64,000 nt of DNA from a virus (IMGVR_UViG_2630968627_000001:1-64000), one strand, 5' to 3'; counted from the first letter of the stretch, positions 37,806 to 47,998 are shown. Notes: a model not told the origin generated them from the sequence alone. Numbers and translations: made by a program.

Positions 37806-38870
37806 TTATCTCCGGTTACCTTGTCTGCGTTGGCCACTGTACGACTGTCGGGGTGTATTGTCAATATACAGCCAAGCGTTGTCGATCATCTCCTTGAATT
37901 CCGATGCTTCCATCTCGCCGGGATCCCCCAGCCAATGTCCGCCTTCGGGGTCGTTGTTGTCCTCAATCCATACCTCTGGATACGTTGTGTGCATGATGGG
38001 CAGGTAGGGGTACAGCATTTTGGTCATGGCGATCTGCCCCTTATCGCCCGCCGCGTCATCGTCATAAAACGAATAGATCTTCTTGCCGATCTCCTGGAAT
38101 ATCCGGCTCTGGGCCTCGGTCATACTGGAGTGCATGACTGCGCATCCGGGGTAGCCGCATTCCCACGAGTTGGCGTAATCAACCAGGCCCTCTACGACCA
38201 GGACGAAGTCCCGCGAGTCCGAGATCCCCAGGTGTGCGCCCAGGACGTTGTTGCCCTTCTTCAGGCCGTAGTAGTCCTTGACCTTCAGGATGGCAGACTT
38301 GCGTGTAGCCCGCCCCGAGAAGCCGTACAGCAGGCCGTCTATGCCACGGACAGGGAACAGGATACGAGGCTCTTTGTCCTGGCTGTAGTCGCCTGGGTCG
38401 TAGCGCAGCTCAAGGGCTTGGACGGTTCGATTGGAGATCCCCCGGCTTCGCAGATAGGGGTGGTTCTCCGCCGACGGGTAGATGTCCATGTAGGTGCCTT
38501 CGTCAATGGGCATATCCAGCTCGGCCATGTTGGCGGCCTTGATCGCGTCCCATCCTTCAAGCGTCGTCGGACCCAGGAATTCGTCCTTCTCTACCTCGTT
38601 GATAATGGCGTCCAAGTCTCGGCCCGACAGGTCTGCGTACTCGCGCAGGAAGGCGTGGAAAGGCTTCTTCGTCCCGCATGTAAAACAATTTACTACGGAC
38701 GTGTCGTTCTCGTTTACGGAGATCCCGAACGAGGGCCGGGTATCCGATCCCTTCTCGTGCTTCCATTGAGCGAGTGGGCAGGTCAAGGAGATCCAGTCGC
38801 CTAGATCCTTGAAGGGGTGCCTTCCGCCAAAGACATCCCGCAGTACCTCTTTGATTTGACCCCGTTCCAT
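37806..38870 (-). CDS. DnaG-type primase (Zn finger plus TOPRIM)
   Basis: CPL..H...D..PSF...CFTCG; YL.SRGI; RILFP; VVEG..D; YDDDAAG. Confidence 0.88.
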   Translation of the reverse strand: MERGQIKEVLRDVFGGRHPFKDLGDWISLTCPLAQWKHEKGSDTRPSFGISVNENDTSVVNCFTCGTKKPFHAFLREYADLSGRDLDAIINEVEKDEFLGPTTLEGWDAIKAANMAELDMPIDEGTYMDIYPSAENHPYLRSRGISNRTVQALELRYDPGDYSQDKEPRILFPVRGIDGLLYGFSGRATRKSAILKVKDYYGLKKGNNVLGAHLGISDSRDFVLVVEGLVDYANSWECGYPGCAVMHSSMTEAQSRIFQEIGKKIYSFYDDDAAGDKGQIAMTKMLYPYLPIMHTTYPEVWIEDNNDPEGGHWLGDPGEMEASEFKEMIDNAWLYIDNTPRQSYSGQRRQGNRR

Positions 38871-38872
38871 GT

Positions 38873-39439
38873 CTACTTCCGTTTCGTAGGTGCCTGTTCA
38901 ACGACCAGCTCGATAGGGCCTTTGACCCCCTCGGTACGCTCCATGACTTGGCCGCGCTCTTTCTCGGCAAACAGGGAGTCCAGTGCCTTGACCGGGATGG
39001 TGGCGTGCTCCCAGAATTCCTTCTCGCGCTTTTGTTTGACCAGCAGCTTGTATACCTTGTCCGTAAAGACGGTGGTACTGGCGCGGCCTTGCTTCTGCTT
39101 GGTATGGGCGATGTATCCGTGCCCTTCAACCGCCCCAGTCAGGCCGTGCTCTTCGTACGTGGTACGGATACTGGTAATCAGGGCTTCGCGCTCGGTGGCC
39201 AGTTCCTGCATCTGTAGGTCCAGGGCGGCCAGTTCGGCCATGTTGTTCTGGATCTTCTTGATGTGGACCATGTCCTTGCTGGCGGCGCTGGCTCGTCGGG
39301 CTACTGCCTGGCGCTCCGCCCCGGCCTGGCGGGCCATGCTGGCTGTGCGGCTGCTACGCGCTACGGGTGCCGGTGCCTTGTCCTCTGCGGCCGCCGTTGT
39401 GCGTCGTCGCGTAACGATTCGTCGGGTTGTTTGTTGCAT
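38873..39439 (-). CDS. Hypothetical coiled-coil protein
   Basis: GGAG RBS before MQQTT. Confidence 0.7.
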   Translation of the reverse strand: MQQTTRRIVTRRRTTAAAEDKAPAPVARSSRTASMARQAGAERQAVARRASAASKDMVHIKKIQNNMAELAALDLQMQELATEREALITSIRTTYEEHGLTGAVEGHGYIAHTKQKQGRASTTVFTDKVYKLLVKQKREKEFWEHATIPVKALDSLFAEKERGQVMERTEGVKGPIELVVEQAPTKRK

Positions 39440-39502
39440 GGTTTTCTCCAAAGTTTATGGGATGGTAGCATCGCTGCCGCCATCCCGGTCTCAGTCACAG
39501 TG

Positions 39503-42397
39503 TCAGCGACGTCGGCGCGATACTCGCTTGATAAGTGCCTCGGTCTCTTCCTGTGCAATCGATTGCAATTTCGGCTTGCGCATGACGACCTTGCGTGGTG
39601 CCGGTGCCGCCTCTACCGAACGGACTTGTCGTGGGCGAGTGACAACGGCCGTATCTCCCACATTCTCGTCCTCTTCGTACTGCCAGTCCGTGTATGGGCT
39701 GTCGTGTCGCCACCCGTCGTCTTCTGGCTCCTCTTGCGGCGGTACGTCCAGGATAGGCTTGCCGTCCTTGTCCATCATGTCCGGGTGATTCCAGAAGTCG
39801 AAGTCCTCGTCCATCTTGAACGACGGCAGTTCGATCATCTCGCCCATGTTCAGACCAAAGGATGGCTCGGCCAGGATCGGGATGTTCATCTTCGTACCGA
39901 ACCATTCTTCCAGCGGCGTGTTCTCCAGGTAATACTTGATCGTGCGCATACCCCAGGCAACGTGCTGCATGCGGACGTAGGCAACCAGAGCGTCGTGGAT
40001 GAACCCGATCATCTTCAGGTAGTACGGGTTGACTTCCTTTTCCATCCGCCCCAGGGCCGCTACGCCGATAGACGAAGCAAACTCCTGTACCGGGGAGTTG
40101 ATGGCCATACGCTCGGCGCTGGCTTGTGTGCCCTCGTCTGGCGAGTCGATCATAGGCAGGTGGCGAACCAGGCCCGACATGGAGCGAACGTGCTTGTGGG
40201 CGCGGACAAACTTCTTCGTACGTTCGTGCCAGTTGGCCAGACCTGGGTACTTCTTGAAGAAGCCGTCCCGGATACGCTTGGCTTCGCGCTCCGTAAACTC
40301 GACCCCGTAGTCGGTCTTTGCGTAGCCAATAAACTTGCGCCAGCCCATGCCGTACAGGAACCCGAAGTTTACCGCCTTGGCCTTTTGGCGCAGCAGCTTC
40401 TGTTCGGTCTTGTGCAGCTTGTAGAACGCCTCTTCCGTAATACCGGCCACGATCAGAGCGGTAGATACGTGGATGTCCCCGTTCTGTTTGTAGATCTGCG
40501 TGATGACCTTGTCTCGCGCCATCTCGCCCGCCACCCGGATCTCGGCCTGGGACAAGTCAACGGAGATGACATACCAGCCCTTGGGTGCCGTGAACATCCG
40601 CTGGTACGTCATGGCCATCTGCCCACGCTTGGGGAAGTTTTGTCCGTTCGGATCCATGGACGAAGTACGACGGGTGACCGTCTTCGAGATGGAATACTTA
40701 GGCCGGACGTATCCGTCCACCAGGTACTTCATCTGGAAGTTGTTGACCGACTTGTTCAGTAGGTCGTTGAGCTTGATGTACTCGGCCAGCTCGCGGGTGA
40801 ATGGTTCGTCGTCAAAAAAGTAGGGCAGGTGGTCCTTGGAGCTGGTAGAGGGGACCTGTCGCTTGCTATCCAGCCGCTCCGTGGACTTCGTGAAGACCTG
40901 GGGCGTGAGCTGGAACCCGTCCGGGTGCTCGAATAGTACGTCGATCATGAAGCCAGCGCGAGACAGTGAAAGCGGGTCTGACGCTCCCTTGTACTCGGCT
41001 ACGTGCTTGCGCTTGATTGACCCTGGGATCTGCTCCAGCAGGGCTACTCGTCGCTTCTCTACGTCCTCGGTCAGGTATGCCTGGAAGGAGGGCAGAGCGA
41101 CCTTGTCATCAACCTTCATCCCCCGCGTCTCAATCGACGCAAAGGCGTTTAGCCCAGGCAGCGATACCCGGTGGTAGTAGTTGATGTTACCGGCGTCCTC
41201 GGCCACCTTGTTGTACAGGACCTTCTCCAGCTTGTAGGCAGCAATCGTGTCGCCGCCGACGTACGGAACCATGTCCTCCCAGGGTACTTCCCACATGCGG
41301 GACTTGTCGTACTTGGCGTCAAACCAATCCGAGTAACCGGCAATCTCCGGTACGTGGATCTTCGTCATGGACGCCAGGTCTTTTTGCATGGCGTTCTCGT
41401 CATACAGCGAGGCCAGGACGTTGGAGTCGCCGCCAATCTCGAAGCGGATACCCTCGGTCATCCAGAGTGCGACGTTGTCGAACTTCAGGTTGTGGCCGGT
41501 GATCTTGCGCCCAGGCTTGCACATCAGCTTGCGGAGCTGGTTGCGGATCCGTGGCTTCATGGACTCCGGCATCGGGAAGTCTGGCTGATCCCAAGGAATG
41601 ATGTAGCTCTTGTTGCCTGGAGCTACGGTAAAGGACATGCAAAGGATCTGGAATCCTGGACGGAACCAACCCGCCCCCTTGTGTTCCTTGGGGTTGTAGC
41701 TGCGTACGTTCAGGCCCTTGCGGAACCAGTCCAGCCCGGTGGTTTCCGTATCGAACGCGATGTCGTCCGGGTCCATGTCGATCAGCTTCTGAAGGTCCAT
41801 GACGACTTCGTACTTACCCGCCTGTACATCGCCCGCCTTCTTCGTGTCGAACCCAGCATCTACCAGCCGCCCGAAGGCGGCCATGTCCGAGGCCAGGAAC
41901 GGTTCTTGCTCCGGGAAGCGAAGTGCCTGCCCTGGGTGCAGTACCGGCATGACTACGACGTCTACGCCGTCCGCATCGTCCTGTCCCAGGCCCCGTACCT
42001 TGGTGATCTGTACGTTGCGTCCCAGGGCCTGTTTGGTGGCCTCTGCGCCCATCGACAGGACTGCATCTGGTTGGTACTTTTCGATGGCATCCAACATGTG
42101 AACGCGGCAGTGCTTGCGCACGTTGTCCTGTTCCTTGTTGGTCAGCTCGGCCTCGTCGTAAGCGCAGAGGGTGTGGGGGTGGAACGCAAACTGATCCGGC
42201 TGGAACTGTTCGTTCTGTGCATGCCGGATGAACATGTTGCGTGTGCCCTTGGGGATGTCCCGGTCCTCTTTCTGGCCGGTGGCAGTGATACGGTCCACGA
42301 CGACGAAGAACTGGGCGTTCTTGTACGTGTGTGGTTCGTATGGCTTGTACCAGCCTTCAATCGGGCATCCCGCGCATTTACCGCAATCCATGGTCAT
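39503..42397 (-). CDS. polA: Family A DNA polymerase with N-terminal UDG-family-4-like domain and 3'-5' exonuclease
   Basis: FDTETTGL, GHNLKFD, DLSQAEIR, RQKAKAVNFGFLYG, IHDAL; N-terminal CxxCxxC and LHPG. Confidence 0.92.
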   Translation of the reverse strand: MTMDCGKCAGCPIEGWYKPYEPHTYKNAQFFVVVDRITATGQKEDRDIPKGTRNMFIRHAQNEQFQPDQFAFHPHTLCAYDEAELTNKEQDNVRKHCRVHMLDAIEKYQPDAVLSMGAEATKQALGRNVQITKVRGLGQDDADGVDVVVMPVLHPGQALRFPEQEPFLASDMAAFGRLVDAGFDTKKAGDVQAGKYEVVMDLQKLIDMDPDDIAFDTETTGLDWFRKGLNVRSYNPKEHKGAGWFRPGFQILCMSFTVAPGNKSYIIPWDQPDFPMPESMKPRIRNQLRKLMCKPGRKITGHNLKFDNVALWMTEGIRFEIGGDSNVLASLYDENAMQKDLASMTKIHVPEIAGYSDWFDAKYDKSRMWEVPWEDMVPYVGGDTIAAYKLEKVLYNKVAEDAGNINYYHRVSLPGLNAFASIETRGMKVDDKVALPSFQAYLTEDVEKRRVALLEQIPGSIKRKHVAEYKGASDPLSLSRAGFMIDVLFEHPDGFQLTPQVFTKSTERLDSKRQVPSTSSKDHLPYFFDDEPFTRELAEYIKLNDLLNKSVNNFQMKYLVDGYVRPKYSISKTVTRRTSSMDPNGQNFPKRGQMAMTYQRMFTAPKGWYVISVDLSQAEIRVAGEMARDKVITQIYKQNGDIHVSTALIVAGITEEAFYKLHKTEQKLLRQKAKAVNFGFLYGMGWRKFIGYAKTDYGVEFTEREAKRIRDGFFKKYPGLANWHERTKKFVRAHKHVRSMSGLVRHLPMIDSPDEGTQASAERMAINSPVQEFASSIGVAALGRMEKEVNPYYLKMIGFIHDALVAYVRMQHVAWGMRTIKYYLENTPLEEWFGTKMNIPILAEPSFGLNMGEMIELPSFKMDEDFDFWNHPDMMDKDGKPILDVPPQEEPEDDGWRHDSPYTDWQYEEDENVGDTAVVTRPRQVRSVEAAPAPRKVVMRKPKLQSIAQEETEALIKRVSRRRR

Positions 42398-42621
42398 GCC
42401 TCCGATTCGCGCTTATCGGCTACCTGGTTGACAGTGTCGCGCAAGGCATTCTCTGCCTTCTCCAGGTTGTCGTAAGCCTTGTCCAACGCAGCGCGAGCTG
42501 CCTTGACATCTTGGATGTCTCGGCGGGCCTTGGCGGACAGCGGGTGGTAGGGGCGGCGGCGCATCCATTCGGCGTCCAAGAAAGGGATCAGGCCGGCCAC
42601 ACTGTTTGTTTTGTCGGTCAT
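42394..42621 (-). CDS. Small hypothetical protein
   Basis: ATGA overlaps at both ends. Confidence 0.6.
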   Translation of the reverse strand: MTDKTNSVAGLIPFLDAEWMRRRPYHPLSAKARRDIQDVKAARAALDKAYDNLEKAENALRDTVNQVADKRESEA

Positions 42622-43952
42622 ATTCCAAGTCCTTCTTCCATGAAGTCAGAGCGAGGCAACTCTTCGTCGTCATCGGGGTGGCCTTCTTCGCCCTCCCCGC
42701 CCTCTCGCTGGGGTGCCCGTGCTCCGTAGATGTCGTCCTCTTGATAGATGGTCAAGTTCATCGTCGGGTGGAAAATCCAGTTGATGGCAAAGTCGAAGTC
42801 TTCGCCGTCCCGGCCCTTCATGCTCGTGATCTGGCGTGAGCGTTCCGGGTCATCCGACGGGCCTTGCGTGAGCTTGTAGACGATGGAACTGTTGTTGACG
42901 ATTGCATCCGACATAGCAACGTGCTCCAGGCCGCCGTCCTTGCCCTTGTTGGTCGCGCCCCGGTTGAACTGATACGAGGCTATCGTGGCTGTCTTGTGGA
43001 CCAGGGAGATGGCCTTGATCTCGTCCGAGGACGTGGCTACCGCTTCGACTCGGCTGTGGGCCCGCCCGACCGGCTTGATAAGGTACGCCCCGTCAATGCA
43101 GAGCAGGTCTGGCTGGACTTCCGCTACCAGCGATTCAATCTTGCCGGTGTTGGTGCCAAAGCCCGCCTCGTGCGTCAACAGCTTGTCCTGGATACCCGCG
43201 TCCTGCATGCGCTCCAGAAGCTCGCGTTCAACCTTTGTGGACAGCTTGCCGGACTTCAGTACGCTGGGGCTATACCCCCATGCCTGCGCCGCGTACCGCA
43301 AGATGATCTGAAGGGCGCTCATTTCAGTGGTAACGAACAGGACGCGCTTGCCTGCCTCTACCGCCGCCCGCGCATGCAGAACCATCATGATCGTCTTACC
43401 CAAGCCGGTACGTGCGATGACGCTGATAACGTCAGCCGGTTGCAGGCCCATCGTGACCTCGTCCATAGGCAGCAGGCCCGTCGGGATCCCGATCAGGTCT
43501 GTGCCCGCTTCTCGCAGCTTCTGGTTGCGTTCGGCCAGTACGGTAGCCATGTCGGACATGGTCAGAAGCGACGTGCCTGTCTCGACAGAGCGGGTGGCCT
43601 CAGCAATGGCCAGGGCCGCCTCGCGGACTTGAGCAATGGACTCGGACGTGGTGCCCTCCAGGGCGCTGCGCAAGTCCTTGTAGTGCTCCTTGGCGATCCG
43701 GTTGGCGCGACGATTCAGTACAGCCCGGATGTAGTAATCGACGTCTTCTCGCGCCGCCATCATGCGAACGCCGGTGTTCTCCTGGATCGTGGATACGTGG
43801 GGTAGTACCCGGTACTCCTTCATGTGTGCGGCGACATACTGCATCGCCCGTGTTTCGGGGCCTTCAATCCAGCCGTCTTGCGGGATCTTGAGAAGCGCCC
43901 CAGGGTTGCACTCCGCTATGCAAGCAGAGATAAGTTTCAGACCGTCGCTCAT
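42618..43952 (-). CDS. dnaB: DnaB-like replicative helicase
   Basis: GIPTG...D..T.GLQP, ARTGLGKT, TTEMS, CIDGAYL, QFNR, KGRDGE. Confidence 0.9.
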   Translation of the reverse strand: MSDGLKLISACIAECNPGALLKIPQDGWIEGPETRAMQYVAAHMKEYRVLPHVSTIQENTGVRMMAAREDVDYYIRAVLNRRANRIAKEHYKDLRSALEGTTSESIAQVREAALAIAEATRSVETGTSLLTMSDMATVLAERNQKLREAGTDLIGIPTGLLPMDEVTMGLQPADVISVIARTGLGKTIMMVLHARAAVEAGKRVLFVTTEMSALQIILRYAAQAWGYSPSVLKSGKLSTKVERELLERMQDAGIQDKLLTHEAGFGTNTGKIESLVAEVQPDLLCIDGAYLIKPVGRAHSRVEAVATSSDEIKAISLVHKTATIASYQFNRGATNKGKDGGLEHVAMSDAIVNNSSIVYKLTQGPSDDPERSRQITSMKGRDGEDFDFAINWIFHPTMNLTIYQEDDIYGARAPQREGGEGEEGHPDDDEELPRSDFMEEGLGI

Positions 43953-44578
43953 ACGGTACGTCTCCGGGGTTTCGAGGTTATGGTGGCGGTCTCATGGACC
44001 GTAAGGCTACGGGAGAACTGGTTGGCCATCTCCGTAGTCAACGGCTCAAGGTTGTCCAGGGTATCCAGTCCGTGGGAACCCAGGATCAGGCCGCCCCCGT
44101 ACAGCAAATGAGTGCGCAAGTGCTGGTTCAGATCCAGCAGCAAGCTCTCGTCGCTGGTCGGGTATTTGTTCGCGGTGCCGATGTCCGGGATGACCAGGAT
44201 CTTGCCCGCCCCGTTATGGCGAGTGATCCGGTATGCCTCGGACTCCGGGTTCATGTATTCGCCGGACTGGAACAGGCGCAGCGCGTTGAACAATTCCCGG
44301 AGCTGGACGAACAAAGTCTGACTAGGGACGTACAAGGTGACGGCTTTAGCAGAGGCCGCGCAAGCGTTGAAAACCCCCAGGGGTGTCCTGCCCTGTACCC
44401 AGACAGTTCTAACGCCGTGTACCCCTGTTTCCGGCCCTAGCAGGGGCAATAGATCCTTGATTCCTGGTACGCCATGCGTGGTTATCGAGTTTTCCTCTTC
44501 CCAGACGTGCAAAGGAACCCGCGCTTTGCGCAGCATGCCCCGTTGCCTGTCCTTCGTAGCTGGGTTCGGTGTGGTCAT
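43949..44578 (-). CDS. Degenerate DnaC/IstB-like helicase loader
   Basis: Between initiator and DnaB; ARVP N-terminus and ILVIPDIG Walker-B-like motif; no Walker A. Confidence 0.5.
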   Translation of the reverse strand: MTTPNPATKDRQRGMLRKARVPLHVWEEENSITTHGVPGIKDLLPLLGPETGVHGVRTVWVQGRTPLGVFNACAASAKAVTLYVPSQTLFVQLRELFNALRLFQSGEYMNPESEAYRITRHNGAGKILVIPDIGTANKYPTSDESLLLDLNQHLRTHLLYGGGLILGSHGLDTLDNLEPLTTEMANQFSRSLTVHETATITSKPRRRTV

Positions 44579-46008
44579 TATTTTCCTCCGAGTGACGTGC
44601 GAGTGTAGCGCCGCGCCGCCGCGCTGCCCAGACGTGGCTCGTCGTCACTGTCGTCCGTGCGCTCTGGCTCGCGTCGGCGGATCTGCTCGACCTGGCGACG
44701 GGCGACTCGTTCCTCGGCGCGGGTACGCGCAGCCCGGTTGCTGGCATTGGCTCGGGTGAGGGATTGGATCTGGCGTTCCAGCTCCTTGACCTGGCGCTCG
44801 GCCGCAGCCCGACCAACGTCCTGGTACTGGCCCGCAAGGTGCTCGGAGTAGACGCGCATGAACCATGGAAACTTCAGACCCAGCGTAACCGCGTCCGGGG
44901 CGGAGGGTAGAGGATGTGCCTTGACGGTCTGGCCCTTGGCCTGCGCGTTGCGGATCCCGTAGTTGTACCGGGCCGCCAAAGAATCCCACTGGCCGACGAT
45001 AAAGCGGAACATGTCCTTGATGTCTTTGACCTGGTGCTCGATAGCACGCTTGCGGATCATCCCGAACGATTCGTTCGTCAGCAGTAGGCGAGGCGAACCT
45101 GGGTAGTGCTCGGCAACGATAGCGTCAACGACGCGCTGTAGGTCTACCTTCTTCATCGTTCGCATTGACTCGGCATCAGTAGCCTTGGAGTAGGCTTGCG
45201 CCCGCTTGTTGGCATTACGTGCTTTTATGCGATCGATTGCAGACTGTGCTCCGTCGTCCGGCTGACGCGAAGCGGCTGTCGGATTAATAGTTTTTATATT
45301 ATTAACTGTATTAACGTAGTTAATACTATTAGGGGTATCTCCCAGACAGCCGGGGGGGTGTCCCTCAGACAGGGGGGTTTTGGTCTTTTTCCGGGGTGTT
45401 TTCAGCATGTCAGCTCCTGTTTTCTCTGCCGATTTTCGGTAATTGTGGATGGCGGAAACATCTTTATTCGAGCGAATAGAGATGTTTTGTGCGTCGTCTC
45501 GTGACATGGCCATGTACTCCTGGATAGATACCTCTACCGTTTGTACGCATGTAGCGATGCGCCCCGCTCGCGCTTTTACCTGGTCTTCGTTGTCAATCTG
45601 AAAGCGATCCAATGCCAGGGAATACTCCGGTGCTTCATCGCCCCCGTTGGCGCGGCGGACTTCATTACGCACGACCCAGCCTTTGTCTACCAGACCCGAG
45701 AGGGTGCGGCGGATGGTAGAGACGGACAGGGGCAGGCCCGCGCAGACGCGGACACCATCAGAAGTGGTGACGCCTTCAGTGAAGTGGGACAGGGGGATTC
45801 GTTCGGCCAATTTACCCCAGGCCAGTGTGCGGACCCGAATGAAATTGATTGCAACGATCTCATAGACATTGAAAATGTCTTGCTGCTGCGCCATGAACTC
45901 GTCTACAATAAGACCACAAGCAGCGTTGACCCAGCTCGCTTGGATTCCTGTGCTGTAATGCTCCTGTAGCCCCCGCCCGCCAGCGGGGGTTATTTTTTGG
46001 ATCTGCAT
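44578..46008 (-). CDS. Putative replication initiator (wHTH)
   Basis: RTLAWGK...I..SHF..G, LSVSTIRRTLSGLVDKGWV, lambda-O-like layout with AT-rich linker. Confidence 0.6.
   Translation of the reverse strand: MQIQKITPAGGRGLQEHYSTGIQASWVNAACGLIVDEFMAQQQDIFNVYEIVAINFIRVRTLAWGKLAERIPLSHFTEGVTTSDGVRVCAGLPLSVSTIRRTLSGLVDKGWVVRNEVRRANGGDEAPEYSLALDRFQIDNEDQVKARAGRIATCVQTVEVSIQEYMAMSRDDAQNISIRSNKDVSAIHNYRKSAEKTGADMLKTPRKKTKTPLSEGHPPGCLGDTPNSINYVNTVNNIKTINPTAASRQPDDGAQSAIDRIKARNANKRAQAYSKATDAESMRTMKKVDLQRVVDAIVAEHYPGSPRLLLTNESFGMIRKRAIEHQVKDIKDMFRFIVGQWDSLAARYNYGIRNAQAKGQTVKAHPLPSAPDAVTLGLKFPWFMRVYSEHLAGQYQDVGRAAAERQVKELERQIQSLTRANASNRAARTRAEERVARRQVEQIRRREPERTDDSDDEPRLGSAAARRYTRTSLGGK
45283..45380. 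other. Candidate replication origin inside the initiator gene
   Basis: ~50-bp very AT-rich tract beside two CAGACAG(CC)GGGGG repeats. Confidence 0.5.
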
Positions 46009-46015
46009 AAATACC

Positions 46016-46279
46016 TCAATGGATCGATGTGATGATGTACTGTCCTTCGGCCCCGCGATTGAGCGTCAAGTACCCCAGCTTCTCCAACGCCTGTACCCCC
46101 AGAATGATCGTACTGTGAGTGACGTGGAACTCCTTGGCCATATCGCGTGGCTTCAGGACATGCTCGGTCCCCGGCTTGATTCGCTCCAGCAAAGCCGAAT
46201 AGGTGCGAAGGTGGGAAGAGGTCAAGTGCTCGTCGCGCAAGGCGGCGGAATACTTGGACCACTTGGAACTAGCAGACAT
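46016..46279 (-). CDS. Small wHTH regulator
   Basis: PRDMAKEFHVTHSTIILGVQALEKLGYL. Confidence 0.7.
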   Translation of the reverse strand: MSASSKWSKYSAALRDEHLTSSHLRTYSALLERIKPGTEHVLKPRDMAKEFHVTHSTIILGVQALEKLGYLTLNRGAEGQYIITSIH

Positions 46280-46306
46280 ACGTGCTCCTTTTAGTGATGG
46301 TCCCTT

Positions 46307-46335
46307 AGTGTAAGACTATCGAACGAGGGTGTCAA
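46307..46335 (-). promoter_or_regulatory. Sigma70 promoter of the replication operon
   Basis: TTGACA-17bp-TACACT on the minus strand. Confidence 0.8.
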
Positions 46336-46355
46336 GTGGTCATACAGTATGGACG

Positions 46356-46379
46356 AAAAAAACCCCACCGAAGTGGGGG
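46356..46379 (-). terminator. Intrinsic terminator
   Basis: CCCCAC-TTCG-GTGGGG followed by TTTTTTT. Confidence 0.85.
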
Positions 46380-46397
46380 AGTAGGAGGTCATGCCCT

Positions 46398-46736
46398 TCA
46401 GAAACCTGGGGCCTGGCGAACGCCTTTCAGGATGTCTATTCCGGCGCAGGAGCAGGGGGGTACGCCAACAGACCGGCAGGTGTTCAACCAGGTGACCTCG
46501 ATTTTACGTGCCTGCTCGTATTTGTCAAACCCCCGCAGGTGCTCCGACTCCAAGCCAGGCTCCCCACCGTGACAGATCGCGTTCGTCGGTTCGATGTCCC
46601 ACTTCTGGGTCTGGTCGTTGAACATGATCTCGGTGGCCCGCTGTACGCGGCGTGGGCCCAGAAACCCCAGATCCAGTTCGTCGCGTTGCATGGCCTGTGT
46701 GGTGCCGTCTGGGTGGATGGTAATAGCGAGCAGCAT
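46398..46736 (-). CDS. Hypothetical protein of the AAA operon
   Basis: AAGGAG RBS; ITIHPDGT, RATEI.FN...Q.W. Confidence 0.7.
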   Translation of the reverse strand: MLLAITIHPDGTTQAMQRDELDLGFLGPRRVQRATEIMFNDQTQKWDIEPTNAICHGGEPGLESEHLRGFDKYEQARKIEVTWLNTCRSVGVPPCSCAGIDILKGVRQAPGF

Positions 46737-46746
46737 GTTGGTCTCC

Positions 46747-46950
46747 TTAGATGTCGCGGACGGTTTCTGTGCCGTATTCCTGTTGCCAGAATTCGGGCTT
46801 CTCGTTGACGTCGGCCTTGGAGTCATTGCCGCCCGTCAAGACAGCGATCATGGCGCGGCTGGCTTCCTTGCAGCCTACCCCGTTGTAGCCCTCGGCCTCG
46901 ACCGTGGTGTTGCCGTGAGGGGTGATGGTGATAACAAGTTGGCGTCCCAT
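46747..46950 (-). CDS. DUF2997-like protein
   Basis: ITITPHG.TTVEAEGYNG.GC.EAS...KPEF. Confidence 0.75.
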   Translation of the reverse strand: MGRQLVITITPHGNTTVEAEGYNGVGCKEASRAMIAVLTGGNDSKADVNEKPEFWQQEYGTETVRDI

Positions 46951-47405
46951 TAGATTGCTCCTGCCGATGCGCCCGAGGACGTGTCCTGGACAGTGATAAT
47001 GACGGTGCCGTCTGCCTGCATGGCCGTCTCGTAATCGAAGCCTTGCTCTTCAGCTTGCTCCTGGATCGCAGCTACCGCATAGCGGTTGTACAGCTTGCCC
47101 ATCGCGTGCTGGGGTGTGTTACCTGGTACGCCCAGCAGACGGCTGACTTCGTTCGCCCAGAGGTCGGTGCGGGCCTCGTAGCCACCTTCCTTCTTCTTGT
47201 ACAGGCCGATGTCGTACGGGCAGTCGTGGAGCTTGATGACGTAGTCAGCGCGGCCCATGCCTTGTTGGTTGCGGAAGTAAGCGCGAGGGACGGCGTCTTC
47301 AATCAGTTCGGCGCGAATGCCTTCTTGGGCCAGGACTCCCAGCGCCATACGCAAGGCGCTAATGGAAGTGATCTGGATGGAAGCTACTGTTGTCGTGTGT
47401 GACAT
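46950..47405 (-). CDS. DUF1257 (Ycf35)-like protein
   Basis: MSH.TTV..QI.....L..AL, YDIGL, Y....D.W, L..RYA.......A..QGF. Confidence 0.8.
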   Translation of the reverse strand: MSHTTTVASIQITSISALRMALGVLAQEGIRAELIEDAVPRAYFRNQQGMGRADYVIKLHDCPYDIGLYKKKEGGYEARTDLWANEVSRLLGVPGNTPQHAMGKLYNRYAVAAIQEQAEEQGFDYETAMQADGTVIITVQDTSSGASAGAI

Positions 47406-47407
47406 TG

Positions 47408-47998
47408 CTATCTCCGTTTGTTGATGGTGATGGTGCGTTTAGGTGTTTGGAACGTAGGACTTGATTGTACCGCTGGTTCCGGCCGCCTCGGGGCGGACAC
47501 AGGTTTGGGGGTTCTGTAGGCCAGTCCGATCCTTACGAAAAACCAAGAGGCCCTTTCTCTGTAATCCTCGTCCCTTCTTACCGCCAAAGGATCCAGATCG
47601 TGGGCGGCCAATCGGCAGAATATCTCCGAGATATTCCTGGGTATGCGAAGGAACTCCTCCCTCGTCTTCTCGGCTACCCAGAGAAGTGCCGCCCTTTTGA
47701 TGTCGCGTACCAACATACTGACTGCTACGCGGTTAGAGGATAGTTCCTCCTGCATGTTTTCAATACGATAGGCAGGTACGAGTATTCTGGCATCTACGTG
47801 CAGGGAATCCGGGATCATGGCTAGTCTACTTCGATCCCCTAACTCAAGGTAGAGGGTATCCAGGGGGGTAGCCAGGGGAGTATCTTCCGCTACGCTCCGA
47901 CGGACTAAGGCCCTATCCAGTCTGGCGGAGTGAAGTATGAAAGGGGATCCCGGTACGGATAGGCTCAGATCCTCTCGAAGATCGACATAGTCATTCAT
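47408..47998 (-). CDS. Hypothetical protein
   Basis: ATGA overlap; GGAGG RBS. Confidence 0.6.
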   Translation of the reverse strand: MNDYVDLREDLSLSVPGSPFILHSARLDRALVRRSVAEDTPLATPLDTLYLELGDRSRLAMIPDSLHVDARILVPAYRIENMQEELSSNRVAVSMLVRDIKRAALLWVAEKTREEFLRIPRNISEIFCRLAAHDLDPLAVRRDEDYRERASWFFVRIGLAYRTPKPVSAPRRPEPAVQSSPTFQTPKRTITINKRR

